From Puia sp. (GTDB taxonomy: Bacteria > Bacteroidota > Bacteroidia > Chitinophagales > Chitinophagaceae): a stretch of DNA of 64,000 bases. The notes under the pieces were generated by a model. It searched no databases and had not been told where the DNA came from. It worked only from the letters and a program-made list of their open reading frames with translations. The translations under genes were made by a program, and so were the position numbers. Shown piece after piece: positions 27,138-35,319 of this stretch. The stretch spans positions 3,458-67,457 of the forward strand of contig NZ_DASYCH010000075.1 of assembly GCF_036500295.1 (NCBI RefSeq). Direction: 5' to 3'. How positions within the stretch are numbered: the stretch's first letter is position 1; each line of letters opens with the position of its first letter.

Positions 27138-27211
27138 TGGGTTGTACTGGATTCGAACCAGTGACCCCTACCATGTCAAGGTAATACTCTAACCAACTGA
27201 GCTAACAACCC
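27138..27211 (-). tRNA. tRNA-Val(GAC)
   Basis: GGGTTGT/ACAACCC acceptor, AGCTCAGTTGGTTAGAG D-arm, TT-GAC-AT anticodon loop, GGTTCGAATCC T-arm; CCA not encoded. Confidence 0.97.
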
Positions 27212-27340
27212 GTATACAACCAGTCCGGCTGCATTCGAACTGCAAATTTTCATTAAAATCCCCAATTAACAAAATCCCCCGCCCAAATACCCCCTGATTT
27301 TTTTATTTTTAGCCAACCCTACCCTTAAAGCCGGGAACAA

Positions 27341-28252
27341 ATGGAAGGAACCCCCAAAGACAAACTGATCGTAAAACTCCAATACCGGGACTATGAAGCA
27401 GGCGAATTCACCGCAATCCATCCCTGCGACGCCGCGGAAACCATCCGGCTGATCGCCAACTACCCCTGGGAAGAGCAACGTGACCATATCTCCATCGGCC
27501 TCACAAACCCCTCCATTACCATCGAGGGACCCGACAACGACTTTCTCAAACTATCCCCTTATTACAACGGCAAATTTGTCCTGCATTATTTTGATAAGGA
27601 CCACCACCTGTTTACCCGGTCGTTCGACACGATTTCCACCGTCGATCCGGTCATCCAGTCCTTTTTCGGGGTCCATCCCTTCGATCCCGCCGGCTTCAAA
27701 AAAGAAACCACCTGGCTACAGTCCAACTCTATCCACTTTAAAACCCAGGAATTCCATTACGCCCTGACCCCCGCCCGCCTCATCGGTCCTGTCCTCGCAG
27801 CACTGTTCCTGCTTGTTGTCGCCACAGTCTGGACCCTCGGCTTTCTCGCGCTGACGCATTTCTCCATCGCCTTCCTGATACTCCCCGCAGCGATGATTAT
27901 CCTCCTGGTACGGATCGCCGCCCTGGCCGCCAACCATTACCGCTCCGCAAAAGACAAACTCCTCATTCTCTCAAAAGGAAAAGATGAATTCTCATTCGGA
28001 AATCCCTTTTCGCTGAATACTTACAACAAAAAAGACATCCGGCAGATAACAACCTATGGCCGCCGCCAGCGTGGCGGCTACCCCGCATTGACAAGAGTGG
28101 AAATATTTTTTGAAAATGGCCGGACCATCGACATCTCCTGCCTCATCATCCACCAGGAAACCCTCGTCGCAAAATTCCCGCATACCCCCCACTCCATCGT
28201 CGGCAAGTCCTTCCCCTTTATAAACCCCGACGCCGCAGCTCTTTTCGGATAA
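27341..28252 (+). CDS. Hypothetical membrane protein
   Basis: 303-aa ORF with two central TM segments; no family recognised. Confidence 0.7.
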   Translation: MEGTPKDKLIVKLQYRDYEAGEFTAIHPCDAAETIRLIANYPWEEQRDHISIGLTNPSITIEGPDNDFLKLSPYYNGKFVLHYFDKDHHLFTRSFDTISTVDPVIQSFFGVHPFDPAGFKKETTWLQSNSIHFKTQEFHYALTPARLIGPVLAALFLLVVATVWTLGFLALTHFSIAFLILPAAMIILLVRIAALAANHYRSAKDKLLILSKGKDEFSFGNPFSLNTYNKKDIRQITTYGRRQRGGYPALTRVEIFFENGRTIDISCLIIHQETLVAKFPHTPHSIVGKSFPFINPDAAALFG

Positions 28253-29450
28253 GCCCCAGCTCACGGCCCGTCTGCCCCGAAACCGAACTGTTCTCCTGCG
28301 CCCGCCGCATCAGATAAGGGATCACATCCTTCAAAGGCCCGAACGGCAGGTACTTACTCACCGCACAGCCGGCCTTGGCCAGATTGAAGGTGATATTGTC
28401 ACTCATGCCATACAACTGCGAGAAATGAACATGCGGATGATTCAACGCCACCCCCTTTTCCTGCAACAGCCGCACCGCAAGCAGATTGCTGTATTCATTA
28501 TGCGACGCAACGATCATTGAGACACGATCCAGATGCGCGATACAAAACTCCACCCCCGCATTGTAATCTTTATCCGTCGATTCCTTATCGGGTTGAATAG
28601 GCGACGCAACACCCTTCTCCAACGCACGCCGCCGCTCTTTCTCCATATAGGCGCCCCGAACCAGTTTGGCCCCGAGGATAAAATCCCGCTGCTCGGCCGC
28701 TTCAAACGAATCTTTTAAAAAGGCCAGCCGGTCCCGGCGATAAAGCTGGATCGTATTGTAAACAACCGTCCTGCCCCTGTTGAACTGCTCCATCATCAAT
28801 ATCGTCAGCGCATCCACCGGGTCCTGTATCCAGGTCTCCTCCGCATCCACAAGCACCCCGATCTTTCGATCGGCCGCCGCTCGGCAGATCTGTTGCATCC
28901 GCCGGCTCACCGACTGCCACTCGGCAGTTTCCTCCGGCGTCAACAGTTCCAAGGCCCGGGCATATCGTTTCATCAACGATCCCTCGATGCCGGCCATCGC
29001 CGCATCCAGCTTTTCCAAAAGGCCAAAACGCGCAAACCCCGTCACTTTAATACTCATCAAAGGGATATTCGCCTGCGTGGCCGCATAGTCGATCACCCGG
29101 ATGAATTCTTTACACGCATGGTCAAAACCTTCCTCCCCATCCTCACCTCCCTCCACTCCATAGTCGAGGATCACCTGCACCCGGTATTCACCCAGCTTCC
29201 GCGCCACATCCGCCGTTTCATCCAACGTCTCCCCACCTACAAACTGATTAAAGATCGTTTCCCGGATGATACTCCTCACCGGAAAACCCGACCGGATCAT
29301 CCACGGCGTAACCCGCGTCCCGATCTTCACCAGCGCGGAAAAACCCATGCTTCGAAAAAGGAACTCGGCCTTTTTTAGTTCTTTGTTGGACTTGTATTCA
29401 AATGCATTCGCGGTATTTTCAAAAGAAACAGATTTGGGGGTGGTACTCAT
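28218..29450 (-). CDS. Monofunctional proline dehydrogenase
   Basis: LVDAEETWIQ, KLVRGAYMEKE, VASHNE, FSQLYGMSD, YLPFGP, YLMRRAQEN; start at MSTTPK. Confidence 0.92.
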   Translation of the reverse strand: MSTTPKSVSFENTANAFEYKSNKELKKAEFLFRSMGFSALVKIGTRVTPWMIRSGFPVRSIIRETIFNQFVGGETLDETADVARKLGEYRVQVILDYGVEGGEDGEEGFDHACKEFIRVIDYAATQANIPLMSIKVTGFARFGLLEKLDAAMAGIEGSLMKRYARALELLTPEETAEWQSVSRRMQQICRAAADRKIGVLVDAEETWIQDPVDALTILMMEQFNRGRTVVYNTIQLYRRDRLAFLKDSFEAAEQRDFILGAKLVRGAYMEKERRRALEKGVASPIQPDKESTDKDYNAGVEFCIAHLDRVSMIVASHNEYSNLLAVRLLQEKGVALNHPHVHFSQLYGMSDNITFNLAKAGCAVSKYLPFGPLKDVIPYLMRRAQENSSVSGQTGRELGLIRKELRRRGL

Positions 29451-29471
29451 TGACAATCGATAATTTGGCCG

Positions 29472-29479
29472 CAAAATTA
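29472..29479 (-). promoter_or_regulatory. Bacteroidota sigma-A -7 element for proline dehydrogenase
   Basis: TAATTTTG on the minus strand, about 20 nt upstream of ATG. Confidence 0.55.
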
Positions 29480-29527
29480 GCGATTGCTGCAAAAATTCAC
29501 CGTATTTTCGGATTAAATCGTCTGCTC

Positions 29528-31201
29528 ATGAGAAAACGCGCGCCCCTTTGGCCCCTGATGGGGCTTTTTCTTGCCTGCCACCCTACCCCCCATTATGACA
29601 CGATTGTAAAGAACGGCACCGTCTATGACGGCACCGGCGCCAGGCCCTTTTTAGGCGATATTGCCATCCAGGGCGACACCATCGCTGCCATCGGCGACCT
29701 TTCCGGAGCAACGGCCACCACTATCGTCGACGCAAAGAACAAGGCCGTCAGCCCGGGTTTTATCGATCTCCAAAGCCAGTCCATGGTCTCCCTCCTCCAG
29801 GATGGCCGCTCCCTCGGCGCAATCAAACAGGGGGTCACCCTCGAGATCTTCGGTGAAGGCTCCTCCGAAGGACCTTTCACCGATACCATGCGGCAGACCG
29901 AACAAAAAGACCAGGGCGATATCAAATACCCTGTCGAATGGTCCACCCTGAAAGAATATCTCCTGCACCTGCAAAAAAACGGCGTTTCGACAAATGTCGC
30001 CTCCTTCGTCGGCGCGGCCACTATCCGCGAGAACCTGCTCGGTTACGCCAACCGCGCCCCCGACAGCGCGCAGCAGGACCGGATGAACGGGCTCGTCCGC
30101 AAAGCCATGGAAGAAGGCGCCCTCGGCATCGGCTCCGCCCTCATCTATGCCCCCGGCGCCTATGCAAAGACCCCTGAGCTCATCCAGCTATGCAAGGCAG
30201 CGGCGCCCTATGGCGGCGTCTATATCTCCCATATCCGCAGCGAAGGGAACCGCTTGCTGGAAGCCGCTGACGAACTGATTCACATCTCCGCGGAAGCCCA
30301 TATCCCCGCCATCTTCTACCACCTCAAAGCAGCCGGTAAACCCAACTGGAACAAGATGGACAGCCTCATCGCAAAGATCGACAGCGCCCGCAAGGCCGGC
30401 CTCGACATCACCGCCTGCATGTATACCTACACCGCCGGCGCCACCGGCTTCGACGCCTCCATGCCCACCGCCGTACAGGAAGGCGGGCTCGACAAATGGA
30501 TCCAGCGCCTGAAAGACCCGGTCATCCGCAAGCAGGTGATAAAAGAGATGCGCACGCCGTCAAAGGATTGGGAAAATCTCTACCTCGGCGCCGGCGCAGA
30601 CAACATCATCTGCACCGGCTTCAAACAGGACTCCCTGAAGTACCTCACCGGCAAACGCCTCAGCGAGATCGCAAAAATGCGGCATACTACCCCCGAACAG
30701 ACCATCATCGATCTCGTCATCGCCGACCACTCACGGGTAGAGGTCATCTATTTCCTGATGAGCGAAGAAAACGTGAAAAAAGAGATCGCCCTTCCCTATA
30801 TGGCCTTCGGCTCCGACGAAGCCAGCATGGCGCCCGAAGGAGTATTCCTGAAAAGCAGCTGCCATCCCCGCGCCTATGGCAATTTCGCCCGGCTCCTCGG
30901 CCACTATGTCCGCGACGAAAAACTGATCCCGCTCGAAACAGCCATCTACAAACTCACCGGAATGCCCGCCGGCTGGCTGAAGCTGAACAAACGAGGAACG
31001 CTAAAAACCGGTAACTACGCCGACGTCGTGGTCTTCGACCCGGCCACGGTAAAAGATAATGCCACCTACGAAAAACCCCACCAGCTGGCCACCGGCGTAG
31101 AGGACGTCTTCGTCAACGGCGCCCAGGTCCTCAAAGCAGGAACACATACCGGCGCCAAACCCGGCCGCGCCGTTTTCGGCCCGGGCTACAAAGCCGGCTG
31201 A
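29528..31201 (+). CDS. N-acyl-D-amino-acid deacylase (D-aminoacylase) family lipoprotein
   Basis: Lipobox GLFLAC; SPGFID, YISHIRSE, HPRAYGNF, KTGNYADVVVFDP. Confidence 0.88.
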   Translation: MRKRAPLWPLMGLFLACHPTPHYDTIVKNGTVYDGTGARPFLGDIAIQGDTIAAIGDLSGATATTIVDAKNKAVSPGFIDLQSQSMVSLLQDGRSLGAIKQGVTLEIFGEGSSEGPFTDTMRQTEQKDQGDIKYPVEWSTLKEYLLHLQKNGVSTNVASFVGAATIRENLLGYANRAPDSAQQDRMNGLVRKAMEEGALGIGSALIYAPGAYAKTPELIQLCKAAAPYGGVYISHIRSEGNRLLEAADELIHISAEAHIPAIFYHLKAAGKPNWNKMDSLIAKIDSARKAGLDITACMYTYTAGATGFDASMPTAVQEGGLDKWIQRLKDPVIRKQVIKEMRTPSKDWENLYLGAGADNIICTGFKQDSLKYLTGKRLSEIAKMRHTTPEQTIIDLVIADHSRVEVIYFLMSEENVKKEIALPYMAFGSDEASMAPEGVFLKSSCHPRAYGNFARLLGHYVRDEKLIPLETAIYKLTGMPAGWLKLNKRGTLKTGNYADVVVFDPATVKDNATYEKPHQLATGVEDVFVNGAQVLKAGTHTGAKPGRAVFGPGYKAG

Positions 31202-31246
31202 ACAAAGCCGGCTGACCCCCACCGCTAATTTCAACCCGCAAGCCCT

Positions 31247-31254
31247 TATCTTTG
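31247..31254 (+). promoter_or_regulatory. Sigma-A -7 element for dipeptide epimerase
   Basis: TATCTTTG 30 nt upstream of ATG. Confidence 0.55.
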
Positions 31255-31283
31255 CCGCGCCAACGGCGAAATCAACACGCACC

Positions 31284-32417
31284 ATGACGATCCTTCACAC
31301 CGATATCTATAAGTTCTCCATCCCGATGCACCCTTTCACCATCGCAACGGGAACGATGCACTACGCCCAGAATATTTTCATCCGCATACACACCGACGCA
31401 GGCTACTACGGCGTCGGCGAATGCTCCGCCTTCCCCATGATCGTCGGCGAAACACAAGCCACCTGCTTCGAGATGGCAAAAGACTTCGCAGCCCTCTGGA
31501 AAGGAAAAGACGCCGCCGCACTGCCGACCCGCATGCAGGAACTCCACGATTTCACGGCCTTCAACGCAACCATCAAAAGCGCCTTCGACATGGCCCTGCA
31601 TGATCTCGCCGCAAAAGCCGCCGGACAGCCGCTCTACCAGTTCCTCGGCAACGGGAGCACCAGCGACAACAGCAGCGGGAAAACCATCGCGAACAGACCC
31701 ATCGAGACCGATCTCACCATCGGCATCGACACCCCGGAGAAAATGGCCGCCAGAGCCGTCGAATTCAAAGCCGACGGCGTCCGCATGATCAAGGTAAAAC
31801 TCGGAAAAAACGGTCCCGAAGACGTCGATCGCATCAGCCGGATCCGCGCCGCCGTCGGCCCGGACATCATCCTGCGCATAGACGCCAACCAGGGCTGGGA
31901 CTTCGAAACCGCCCGCACCACCCTGCAAAAAATAGGACCTTTCGATATCCAGTTCTGCGAACAGCCTATGCGACACTGGGATGACCACCGCCTCCCCCTG
32001 CTGCGCAGCCAGTCACCGGTAAAGATCATGGCCGACGAAAGCGTCTTCGATCATCCCGATGCAACCCGCCTCCTGGCGGCCAAAGCCTGCGACTACGTCA
32101 ATATAAAATTTGCAAAATCGGGCGGCATCCTCGAAGCCACAAAGATCGATGCCGTCTGTAAAGAACACCAGATACCCTGTATGATGGGCGGCATGCTGGA
32201 AAGCCGCGTAGCCCTCACCGCCTTCGCCCATTTCGCCCTCGCCCATGACAACATCCGCTTCCACGATATGGATACCTGTCTGCTGGGACACAAGACCGAC
32301 CCGGTCACTGGCGGCGTTCGGTACAACGGCTATTTCCTCGAGACCCCGGATACCCCCGGCATCGGCGCCGACGCGGATGAAGCCTTCCTCCGGCAATGTG
32401 AACACGCCTCAGTCTAA
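31284..32417 (+). CDS. L-Ala-D/L-Glu dipeptide epimerase (enolase superfamily)
   Basis: KVKLG, RIDANQGW, EQP, MADES, NIKFAKSGG motifs. Confidence 0.9.
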   Translation: MTILHTDIYKFSIPMHPFTIATGTMHYAQNIFIRIHTDAGYYGVGECSAFPMIVGETQATCFEMAKDFAALWKGKDAAALPTRMQELHDFTAFNATIKSAFDMALHDLAAKAAGQPLYQFLGNGSTSDNSSGKTIANRPIETDLTIGIDTPEKMAARAVEFKADGVRMIKVKLGKNGPEDVDRISRIRAAVGPDIILRIDANQGWDFETARTTLQKIGPFDIQFCEQPMRHWDDHRLPLLRSQSPVKIMADESVFDHPDATRLLAAKACDYVNIKFAKSGGILEATKIDAVCKEHQIPCMMGGMLESRVALTAFAHFALAHDNIRFHDMDTCLLGHKTDPVTGGVRYNGYFLETPDTPGIGADADEAFLRQCEHASV

Positions 32418-33977
32418 CAGTTTCAGCGCCTCCTGGTCGTCATACTGCTGGATCAGCCGCTTCAGTTGCTGCTTCAATTCGGCAATCTTCCCGGCATACG
32501 CCGGATCACCATAAAGGTTCTTCACCTCATGCGGGTCCTTCTCCAGGTCATACAGCTCCCAGAAATTCCCCGGCCCATAGAATCGCGCGAGAACCCATCG
32601 CTCCGTACGGATGCCGAAATGCGGATAGACATGATGCGGCTGCGGGAACTCATAGTAATGATAGTACATGGCCTTCCTCCAGCCGGCGGCAGCGGCAGCA
32701 GTCGACCGCGCACCCCGCCTGCCGTCCACCAACGGCAAAAAAGAAACTCCCTGCATATCCGCCGGAGCCGGGATCCCCGCAATATCCAACATCGTCGGCG
32801 CCCAGTCGATATTGAGCATCATCGCCGGAACCGTACTCCCCGCCTTGATAACCCCCGGCCATCGCATCACAAACGGCGTCCTGAGCGACTCCTCATAGAT
32901 CCACCGCTTGTCGAACCAGCCATGCTCGCCAAGAAAAAATCCCTGGTCCGAAGTATACACCACGATCGTATTCTTCGACAATCCACTCCTGTCCAGATAG
33001 TCCAGCAACTGGCCGATATTGCGGTCCAGCGACCTCGCCACCGATAAATAATCTTTCAGATACCGTTGATACTTCCAGCGCAGCAACGCCTCCCCGCTGT
33101 CCTTCCGCGCATCGAATTCCCGGCTGACGGTATTCTCATAATAATTGTAAAAAGCCTTCTTCTGCTCCGGAGTAAACCGGTTGTAAATGCCGCTATGCTC
33201 GTAGTCCGCATGCACCTTCAGGTCCTCCCTGAGCCGCATCGTTTTCGCGATCGTCATATCCTGATCCGCCGCCGCCTTGCGCCCGGCATAGTCATCATGA
33301 AAAGTCGGCGGCAACGGAAGATCCCGGCCATCATAGGCGCCCAGGTCCTGGATATCGGGCAGCCATTCCCGATGGGTGGCCTTTTCACCCACAACCAGCA
33401 TAAAGGGCTTCGTCGTATCCCGCGCGGCAAGCCAGTCCTCCGTCAGCTTCGTGATGATATCGGTGACATAACCCGTCATCCGCGTCGTATCCCGCGAATC
33501 GATCAGATCGGGATTATAGTACTCCCCCTGCCCGTTGAGGATACGGAAATAGTCGAATCCCCGGGGAAGATTCCCCAGATGCCATTTCCCGATCCATGCC
33601 GTCTGATAGCCATTACCCCGCATCAGCATCGGAAACACGGGTTGACTGGTATTGAACTTTTTCTCATTTAACGTATAGCCGTTCTTATGACTGTATTTGC
33701 CCGTAAGCAACGTCGCCCGGCTGGGCCCGCAAATGGAATTGGTGACCATCGCCCGCGTAAAAAGGGCTCCTTCCCGGGCGATCCGGTCGATATTGGGCGT
33801 CGCAGTCAACCGGCTGCCATATGCGCCGATCGCCTGATAGGCATGATCGTCTGACAAAATAAAAATTATGTTAGGTCGCCCGGCGCCAGCCGCCGGAACA
33901 ACCGCCCGGCTCTGCGCCCGGCCTGCCGCACCCGCAAAAAGCTGGAGCCCAAGCAAGAAAATGATATGTCCTTTCAT
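32409..33977 (-). CDS. Formylglycine-dependent sulfatase (Cys-type), exported
   Basis: PNIIFILSDDH, SICGPSRATLLTG, YTSDQGFFLGEHG. Confidence 0.92.
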   Translation of the reverse strand: MKGHIIFLLGLQLFAGAAGRAQSRAVVPAAGAGRPNIIFILSDDHAYQAIGAYGSRLTATPNIDRIAREGALFTRAMVTNSICGPSRATLLTGKYSHKNGYTLNEKKFNTSQPVFPMLMRGNGYQTAWIGKWHLGNLPRGFDYFRILNGQGEYYNPDLIDSRDTTRMTGYVTDIITKLTEDWLAARDTTKPFMLVVGEKATHREWLPDIQDLGAYDGRDLPLPPTFHDDYAGRKAAADQDMTIAKTMRLREDLKVHADYEHSGIYNRFTPEQKKAFYNYYENTVSREFDARKDSGEALLRWKYQRYLKDYLSVARSLDRNIGQLLDYLDRSGLSKNTIVVYTSDQGFFLGEHGWFDKRWIYEESLRTPFVMRWPGVIKAGSTVPAMMLNIDWAPTMLDIAGIPAPADMQGVSFLPLVDGRRGARSTAAAAAGWRKAMYYHYYEFPQPHHVYPHFGIRTERWVLARFYGPGNFWELYDLEKDPHEVKNLYGDPAYAGKIAELKQQLKRLIQQYDDQEALKLLD

Positions 33978-33982
33978 CTGTA

Positions 33983-33990
33983 TATATTTG
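33983..33990 (+). promoter_or_regulatory. Sigma-A -7 element 4 nt before ATG (leaderless candidate)
   Basis: TATATTTG-CAGT-ATG. Confidence 0.55.
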
Positions 33991-33994
33991 CAGT

Positions 33995-34516
33995 ATGCAA
34001 ATTAAAGCAAAGACGGCCAAAGAATCCCTCATTGTCATGACGGAACTGGTATTGCCAAACGATACCAACGTATTCGGCAACCTGATGGGCGGCCGCCTGA
34101 TGTACTGGATGGATATCGCCGCCGCCCTGTCCGCAGGAAAACACTGCAACGCCCCGGTGGTCACCGCCTCCGTCGACAATATATCCTTCGAAAACCCGAT
34201 CAAACTGGGCAATGTGGTGCACATTGAGGCAAAAGTCAGCCGCGCATTCAAAAGCTCCATGGAAGTGCACATGAAGGTCTGGGGAGAAGACCTCACCCAG
34301 CAATATCGCTACAAGAGCAACGAAGCCTATTATACCTTCGTGGCCCTCGACCCCAACCGCAGACCACGCCCCGTCCCCGAGGTCAACGCCGAAACAGACG
34401 AGGAAAAAAAATTATACGATGGCGCACTCCGCCGCCGGCAATTACGCCTGATCCTCGGCGGAAAAATGCAACCCGAAGAAGCCGGCGAACTGAAAGCCTT
34501 CTTCATGAAAAGCTAA
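33995..34516 (+). CDS. Acyl-CoA thioesterase (hotdog fold)
   Basis: PNDTNVFGNLMGGRLMYWMD motif. Confidence 0.92.
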   Translation: MQIKAKTAKESLIVMTELVLPNDTNVFGNLMGGRLMYWMDIAAALSAGKHCNAPVVTASVDNISFENPIKLGNVVHIEAKVSRAFKSSMEVHMKVWGEDLTQQYRYKSNEAYYTFVALDPNRRPRPVPEVNAETDEEKKLYDGALRRRQLRLILGGKMQPEEAGELKAFFMKS

Positions 34517-34631
34517 GGCCGAGGATTATTTTTTAAAGACATGCTTTTGTTCTATATTTAGAAAGCGTCCACAGTACACGATAGGTCGCTTCTGGTATCC
34601 CGTGCCCGTCACACACCAAAGCTTGTCATTA

Positions 34632-35318
34632 ATGAATTCCCAAAAGCGATTCATCAACTGCTGTATCCTGCTTATACTGCTAGCCTTATCAGCGAGCCCC
34701 GCCCTCTCCCAGGACGGCGCCGGCCCCGATAGCCGGCTTTACAATGGCCACGAATATATTCGAAACGGCATCCACGCGGTAGGCTTTCCCTTCTTGCTTT
34801 CAGACAGCCTGCAACCGGGCACCCTGGTCTATGACGGCATCCTATACCCCAATCTCCCGATGCAATATGACCTCGTTCTCGACGAGCTCATTATCCGCGA
34901 CTATACGGGCAAGGCGCTGATCAGCCTTATCCCGAACAAGATCGGCCACTTTCTCATCGGGGATCATTCCTTTCGCTATATCCCGGAAACCCCACTCGCT
35001 TCATCGCTACCCAAAGCAGGCTTCTACGAAGAGCTTTGCGGCAGGGACTCCGTTGCCCTATTCGCCCACCGCGAAAAAAAACTCGTCTTCCCGGCCAGGC
35101 CCGAAGACCCGGTAAGATATGAACAGCGCAGTTATTACTTTCTCCGCATCGGCAGCGCCTACACTCCCGTCGATGGCGAATCCTCCCTCCTCGCACCACT
35201 GAAAGACAAAAAACCCACCTTGAAAAAATACATCCGTGACAATAACATCCGCTTCAAAAAAGACCTTGAGAAAGCGCTTGTATCCACGACGGCGTATTAT
35301 CTGAAATTAACCAACTGA
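34632..35318 (+). CDS. Conserved exported protein preceding a TonB receptor
   Basis: Signal peptide; LYNGHEY...YDLVLDELII; KKYIRDNNIRF; first gene of a tightly packed operon. Confidence 0.75.
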   Translation: MNSQKRFINCCILLILLALSASPALSQDGAGPDSRLYNGHEYIRNGIHAVGFPFLLSDSLQPGTLVYDGILYPNLPMQYDLVLDELIIRDYTGKALISLIPNKIGHFLIGDHSFRYIPETPLASSLPKAGFYEELCGRDSVALFAHREKKLVFPARPEDPVRYEQRSYYFLRIGSAYTPVDGESSLLAPLKDKKPTLKKYIRDNNIRFKKDLEKALVSTTAYYLKLTN

Positions 35319-35319
35319 C

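Noticed and set aside
23939-27211. Genomic island integrated at tRNA-Val
   Set aside because: No integrase, transposase or full tRNA 3'-end duplication; only a short partial match, reported separately at low interest.
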